NCBI GenBank assembly: GCA_963698035.1
Contig: OY969114.1
Location: 120,001 to 152,000 of the forward strand
Direction: 5' to 3'
DNA: 32,000 nt
Source: Candidatus Saccharimonadota bacterium
GTDB lineage: Archaea > Micrarchaeota > Micrarchaeia > Micrarchaeales > Micrarchaeaceae
The notes under the pieces were generated by a model. It saw nothing but the letters and a program-made list of their open reading frames with translations, had not been told where the DNA came from and ran no database searches. Every line of letters starts with the position of its first letter. Positions within the stretch are counted from its first letter, which is position 1. The position numbers were made by a program, and so were the translations under genes. Of the stretch, positions 31,045 through 32,000 are shown piece after piece.

Positions 31045-32000
31045 CTACCCATAAGTTAAAGTTGGATCTCCATAAAGCTGCAATTCTTGTGCGGTATCTC
31101 TCTGCAGCTGAGTGGGCGAGTTAGTTAAGAAGTTCCGTTTCATCGAAAGAAAAGCTTGACCTATAGTTTCGCCAGATTTAAATTTATTGTATATGTACTC
31201 TAGATTGGTTGGCGTATAACCTCCAAACCCTTCTTTAGTGTTACCTATATAAGCGGATGCTCCATCCTCTAGCATTTGCAAAGCAAGCGGAGTTGTTCCG
31301 CCGGGTATAAGATAATAGTACAAGGTAGTATTGCTTGGTTCTGTAATCCCATCATAACATGCGGCTGATAGTATTATTGGATTTGTATTAAGTTGTGGTA
31401 TACTTGAAGCAGACCAATAGAGAAAAGTGGAAAGAGTAGTATAATTGCCTGACCACGTACCACAAGAGTATCCGCTACCGTGGCAGTCATAATATTGGAT
31501 TCCGTACACAGAGGATATGTCAGTTTGAAAGTTTGAAGCGCTTGTGCAGCTCGATCCTAAACAGTAAGGTGGAACACTAAGGCAATTAGAGTTACTTGCA
31601 CATGAACTGCCTGTTGTGACTTCTGAAAAAGTATTTACGTCACCTCCAATGAAGGAGTCATGCTGATCATTTAATTCATCTCCAGATATCAGTAGATTAT
31701 TATTGGTCTCCGAATGCCTTTTTGTATCGTTTGATAAGATAGAGGCAATCTCATCAGCATTAGAACCTGGAATTCGCGCAACCACTATTGTTGGAACGCT
31801 GCTATTCGTTAAACTTCCATACGGGTCGTCGGTTGGTATGATGTATGAATTATACCCACTGTCATCTACATTTACTCCTAACGAAGAAATGGTTGGCATT
31901 GGTACAATATTTTCATTACCCAAGATAATTAGATAAGTTGCATTGGTCAAGTATTCTATTCTGTTTATTGTTGATTTAACGCTAACCCAACTGTTCGCAT
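31045..32000 (-). CDS. Clan CD cysteine peptidase, C25 (gingipain)-like, partial (N-terminus beyond the right edge)
   Basis: The reading frame stays open to position 32000 (upstream codons read ...ANSWVSVKSTINRIEY). YLIILGNENIVP...PTDDPYG...VARIP matches the C25 N-terminal pattern. His sits in YDCHGSGYSCGTW (HGS...W) and Cys in ILSAACYDG (AC..G). The protein ends LYGDPTLTYG. Confidence 0.6.
   Translation of the reverse strand, partial: ANSWVSVKSTINRIEYLTNATYLIILGNENIVPMPTISSLGVNVDDSGYNSYIIPTDDPYGSLTNSSVPTIVVARIPGSNADEIASILSNDTKRHSETNNNLLISGDELNDQHDSFIGGDVNTFSEVTTGSSCASNSNCLSVPPYCLGSSCTSASNFQTDISSVYGIQYYDCHGSGYSCGTWSGNYTTLSTFLYWSASSIPQLNTNPIILSAACYDGITEPSNTTLYYYLIPGGTTPLALQMLEDGASAYIGNTKEGFGGYTPTNLEYIYNKFKSGETIGQAFLSMKRNFLTNSPTQLQRDTAQELQLYGDPTLTYG

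Overview
This is a densely packed archaeal chromosome segment. The archaeal hallmarks are an rpoH-rpoB''/B'-rpoA'/A'' RNA polymerase operon, an Sm-like protein, an RFC small subunit, an archaeal/eukaryal-type TrpRS, A/T-rich TATA-like boxes about 25-35 nt upstream of starts, and a tRNA with a non-canonical intron. I count about 36 protein genes and 2 tRNAs. I saw no rRNA, CRISPR array, transposase or integrase.

- **Left part (1-7.1 kb):** a glycosyltransferase cluster (GT2, GT2, GT2, GT4). It contains two paralogous pairs of an AbiEii-like nucleotidyltransferase and an AbiEi-like wHTH protein, each next to a paralogous small GT2. One copy is coupled by ATGA overlaps into the GT operon. This duplicated three-gene module is my best candidate for an undescribed system.
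- **Middle (7.7-15.1 kb):** the RNAP operon. The stretch 9.36-12.74 kb carries about two dozen reading-frame changes, yet the catalytic motifs I could read there stay intact. A low-quality assembly patch is the most likely explanation, not gene decay.
- **Right half, ordinary genes:** type-1 idi, trpS, rfcS, bcp (one frameshift), a Memo-like gene, dinB, trxB and a GH15 hydrolase.
- **Right half, unusual loci:** (1) a self-contained locus of an RHH regulator, a small ORF, CysD and a CysN-like GTPase, with a 16-bp perfect palindrome and a shared C-terminal RLRxLGY tail; (2) a tandem Lrp/AsnC-type regulator with a sharp internal GC drop; (3) a terminal AT-rich block encoding a C25 (gingipain-like) peptidase and a Zn-ribbon/Cys-rich membrane protein.

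All homology calls come from motifs read by eye. No database search or folding program was run.
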